The notes below the pieces were generated by a model, which saw nothing but the letters and a program-made list of their open reading frames with translations, was not told the DNA's origin and made no database searches. From NCBI GenBank assembly GCA_964016885.1, contig OZ024741.1, positions 135,470,001-135,534,000 of the forward strand: 64,000 nucleotides of DNA, read 5' to 3'. This stretch comes from Eledone cirrhosa (lineage: Eukaryota). This document shows positions 58,459 through 64,000 of the stretch, piece after piece. How positions within the stretch are numbered: the first letter of the stretch is position 1; each line of letters begins with the position of its first letter. Position numbers and translations under genes: made by a program.

Positions 58459-58595
58459 TGGATACCGTAGAACACGCCAATGGTAGTCGGGCGCCAGCCG
58501 GACGGGTCAGCTAGTATATATATATATATGTATATATATGGATACCGTAGAACACGCCAATGGTAGCCGGGCACCAGCCGGACGGGCCAGCTAGT
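58459..58595 (+). mobile_element. Two tandem Helitron-like 3' termini separated by (TA)n
   Basis: GGATACCGTAGAACACGCCAATGGTAG(T/C)CGGGC(G/A)CCAGCCGGACGGG(T/C)CAGCTAG-T occurs twice with an 80-bp period: a GC hairpin about 10 nt before CTAG|T. Confidence 0.55.
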
Positions 58596-58609
58596 ATATA
58601 TATATATAT

Positions 58610-60261
58610 ATTTATTAAAATAACAGATTAAAGTTTAAGCAAAGGATCGCTGCTTTCACCCTTAACCAGATCTTCTGAAACTAACAAAGTCAATCTGTGA
58701 ACGCAGAAGTGGATATTTCAAAAAACGTTGCAACCGGAGGAAGACAGGAAGACGATACTTTGGTTCGTGGAAACGTTCCCTGGCAAAGAACGGGAAAAAA
58801 ACGAATATAATACGTCATCATTAGGAGCGGTGAAAAACAATTACACGCAAAGACAAAACCACGATTATGGTATAAAAGAAGTCGTAGACTAATATTCTAT
58901 TAATTGTTTCATAGAGACGTTCTCTGGCAATGAACAGAAAAGATAATACGTCATATGTGGAGCTTGGAGAACAATTGCACGCAAAGACAAAACCACGCAA
59001 ATGAAGTCGTAGAGTAAAATTCTAACTAGGAAACCGAATGATTCTCGGCTTCAGAGTTAAGAATAAAGTAAATAAAATACAGAGGTAATTGAAATTAAAT
59101 AAATACATACACGCATCCATATACGTACATACAAAAGCATACGCGAAAACACTCGCCATAGGTATACAAATACACGCACATATAAATATGTGTGTGTGTG
59201 CGTGTATACAAATAATTAAATAAACGTATATAAATAAATAAATACGTATATAACAAGCGCACACACATACCTACATGTAAATACACATATATTCGGAGAC
59301 TACGTCAACCAAAACACGAAGTACACATATACACACACCATACATACGTACCAACCCGCAAACTCACACAGACGCAAAACTCTCGTATACACAAAACCGA
59401 AAGCATATGTACCAGAATATATAAAAGATATACGCCATAACATATACAATCAAATATACGTACGAGAAAGTATACGTACCTTCACAAAATATATACTTAC
59501 ATTTACAAATAAGTAATGGTATAAACATAACATATACTTAGCTGCCACATCAATACGTAAAATATCCGCCTATAGATCGTACTATCCGTTAGGGTATAAT
59601 GTGGGGCTGTAATACAGGAAAGTTTTGTGCAATTTATGTTTACAAGACGAAATTGCCTCAGATTATTTGTTTAAGATGTGGTCTGTGGCGTAAAGTATTT
59701 CCAGGGCCTCAGCGGCGCAGAGGTCACATGGTCTTTTATTTCCATTATACGATCTAGCCCTAGCTAGGATCTCCCAGTGTAACTTATATTGGGTGTGGTT
59801 GTCTTTTAGACGTTCCACATATGACGTATTATCTTCGTTTTTTCCGTTCATTGCCAGAGAATGTCTCTATGAACCACCTAATAGAGATATTAGTCTACGA
59901 CTTCTTTTATACCACAAACGTAGTTTTGTCTTTGCGTGTAATTGTTTTTCACCGCTACAAATAATGACGTATTTTATTCGTTTTTTCCCGTTCTTTGCCA
60001 GGGAACGTTTCCACGAACCAAAGTATTGTCTTCCTGTCTTCCTCCGGTTGCAACGTTTTTTTAAATATTCACTTCTGCGTTCACAGATTGACTTTGTTAG
60101 TTTCAGAAGATCCTGTTAAGGGTGAAAGCAGCGATTCTTTGCTTAAACTTTAATCTGTTATTTTAATAAATATTTGCTCTACGGTTCTTATATATTTGAT
60201 ATATATTTATCCTTATCGAGCCCTCTTTGGATTTTAGTCTTCAAATTTATTATTATTACTA

Positions 60262-60267
<6 letters not shown>
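58610..60267. mobile_element. PLE (probable Hydra-type) with inverted arms in (TA)n
   Basis: The minus arm (58610-59812) includes LKDNHTQYKLHWEILARARSYNGNKRPCDLCAAEALEILYATDHILNK*SEAISSCKH. The plus arm 59815-60173 mirrors 58610-58960, and the tail runs to ~60267. Confidence 0.9.
60099..60149 (+). ncRNA. Variant hammerhead-like motif with a CAGAAGA core
   Basis: AGTTT-CAGAAGA-tCCT(gtta)AGGGt-GAAA-GCA(gcgattctt)TGC-TT-AAACT. The same core occurs at 37004-37054 (+) and ~58632-58682 (-). Confidence 0.55.
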
Positions 60268-62131
<1,864 letters not shown>

Positions 62132-62368
62132 ATGAGAGAGGAGAGAGAAAGAGAGAGAGTAGTAAATCCTATACATCCTGCGTTGGTATTTTACCAATTA
62201 TTATACCAACTATACATGTAAACATGTGTCGAGTACTTCCTGTTCCGTGGTTTCCCCACTCTCCATACCGTGAGACAATTTAATGGAAACAACAAACCAA
62301 ACAATATAATACGATCAAGATTTATATTAACGCTTTAAAGTTTAACGCTTGATGTAGTAGTAAAAGTG

Positions 62369-62404
62369 ACTTTACGTTTCGGACACTAATCCTTTATCAG
62401 AAGT
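62369..62404 (-). ncRNA. Minimal hammerhead-like motif, core mutated
   Basis: The reverse complement reads ACTT-CTGATAA-a-GGA(ttagtg)TCC-GAAA-CG-TA-AAGT, with a palindromic ACGT stem III and a G8>A change. Confidence 0.55.
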
Positions 62405-62524
62405 TAGAATGAGAAACAAAAGATGAAATATAAAGTGAGATGAAGGAACGTTAAAAAGTGCTTTTGGAGAAAAAAAAACGTGTATGTTCATTAAGCCTAT
62501 CTCTCTCTCTCTCTTTCTCCCCCA

Positions 62525-62625
<101 letters not shown>

Positions 62626-63390
62626 TATCTATGGGTTTGGCCGTTTCTTTTCATTAGATGCCAACACCGCCTAATAACGAGCCCCTGCTGTCTGATTGGT
62701 GCTCACGGTCATGAGCACTCTTATTTTGGAAATAAACCCTTAAGTGTTCTTGAAGACTTCGTTTTAACTTGGGAATATTGGTACTTAATGATTCAGCTAA
62801 CAAACAATTTGGACCGCGCAATCCTTTGGCTTCACTATATTTCCAATTTTAACTGTAATAAACTGCAATATACGTAACTAGAACATATTATCAAAAATGC
62901 ATTAGGAAGCCAATAACAACTACATCATCTACCAACTGCACTTAATAATTGATACTACAAAGTCATCTCTATATATCGCTAAGATGCAAGAATCGTCTGA
63001 TGTTTCTGAAACCTAGTTTCTGAAAAAAATTGGGATAATGTGGGAATGTTAATCTGAAGTCGTCTGAGAATCTATAATCCGTTTTATATTTGTCTTATTT
63101 GAGTTAGTCACTTTTTTTTATAATGTTCTTACTTTTTCTTATCCCAAACACCTACACGCTTTCAAGGGAATGGTCATTCCGTTTCAAGAAAATATAAAGT
63201 TGTTTAGTAGACAGAAACAGAACAAAACTAAAATACAATTCCAGGAGAGAGCCTAAAGAGATGATAAATGACATTCATCTGAATGTTGTTAGCAACTAAC
63301 TACGTACACAGATACGCAATTACACGATACATACATAGCTATAAAAGTAAACGTAGTTGACTGAACATATGAATATATAATTATCTACTC

Positions 63391-63454
<64 letters not shown>

Positions 63455-63569
63455 CTATGAAATTTACAGCTGACACCTATACAGGCGTAACTGGCAACTG
63501 GTCTCCTACGTGGTTGCATCTCAATGGAGGCTTCTCGGGTATTTTAATTTAAAGCAATCTGAAGTTAAA

Positions 63570-63670
63570 TATTTTATTCAAGAACACAACACGCCACTCA
63601 GTCTAGGGATCGAATCCCATGATGTTATGCTTTTCTTGAGCAACATAACTCCTAAGCTACGCGCATCTAC
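63570..63670 (-). mobile_element. SINE family B 5' part, degenerate
   Basis: TTCAAGAACACAACACGC...GGGATCGAATCCCATGA...CCTAAGCTACGCGC. Confidence 0.6.
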
Positions 63671-64000
63671 AGTATACTAGGTGAAGAACGATTGAATGTG
63701 GTCACACACAGGAGAGAGTGAAGTGAGGGTCTACAATTCTAAATTAAACACTCCTTGAAAACTAGAAACCAGACAACTTTTATAACTCAGTTTGCAGTCT
63801 TCTTCTTTAGTACGAGACAGTTTGCACTGATATGTCATGTCAGCCAGAGTCTAATCCAATTAATTAGTAATATATCATTTTAGATATATAAAAAGGATTT
63901 CCTGGTGTCTAAAACTGGAAAAGTTATTTTCGACTGGCAAATGTCCAATTATACTGGATGTTACTACCAGCTGCAATGTTCCGACCTTTCAGAAGTCCTG

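Overview
This is repeat-dominated, AT-rich animal genomic DNA with no host protein-coding gene, rRNA or tRNA gene that I can support. The SINE families and the extreme (TA)n/(CA)n/(GA)n load suggest an octopus or other coleoid cephalopod (inference). Main components: (1) a ~12.2-kb array of a 25-bp satellite (4037-16215) with nested higher-order duplications; (2) many Penelope-like retroelement (PLE) insertions into (TA)n tracts, several with GIY-YIG endonuclease remnants of two clearly different types; (3) a series of (TA)n-[inverted arm]-[arm]-[unpaired 3' tail]-(TA)n foldback elements, from ~2.3 kb down to ~180 bp, many carrying canonical or variant type I hammerhead ribozyme (HHR) motifs and a shared RCTC...GAGY hairpin in the tail; (4) many tRNA-derived SINEs, a probable non-autonomous Helitron and decayed LINE/Tc1/hAT scraps. 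Almost all ORFs in the supplied track are microsatellite artefacts. The best real reading frame (60661-61431) is missing from the track because it has no start codon. Coordinates were counted by eye and may be off by a few bases.
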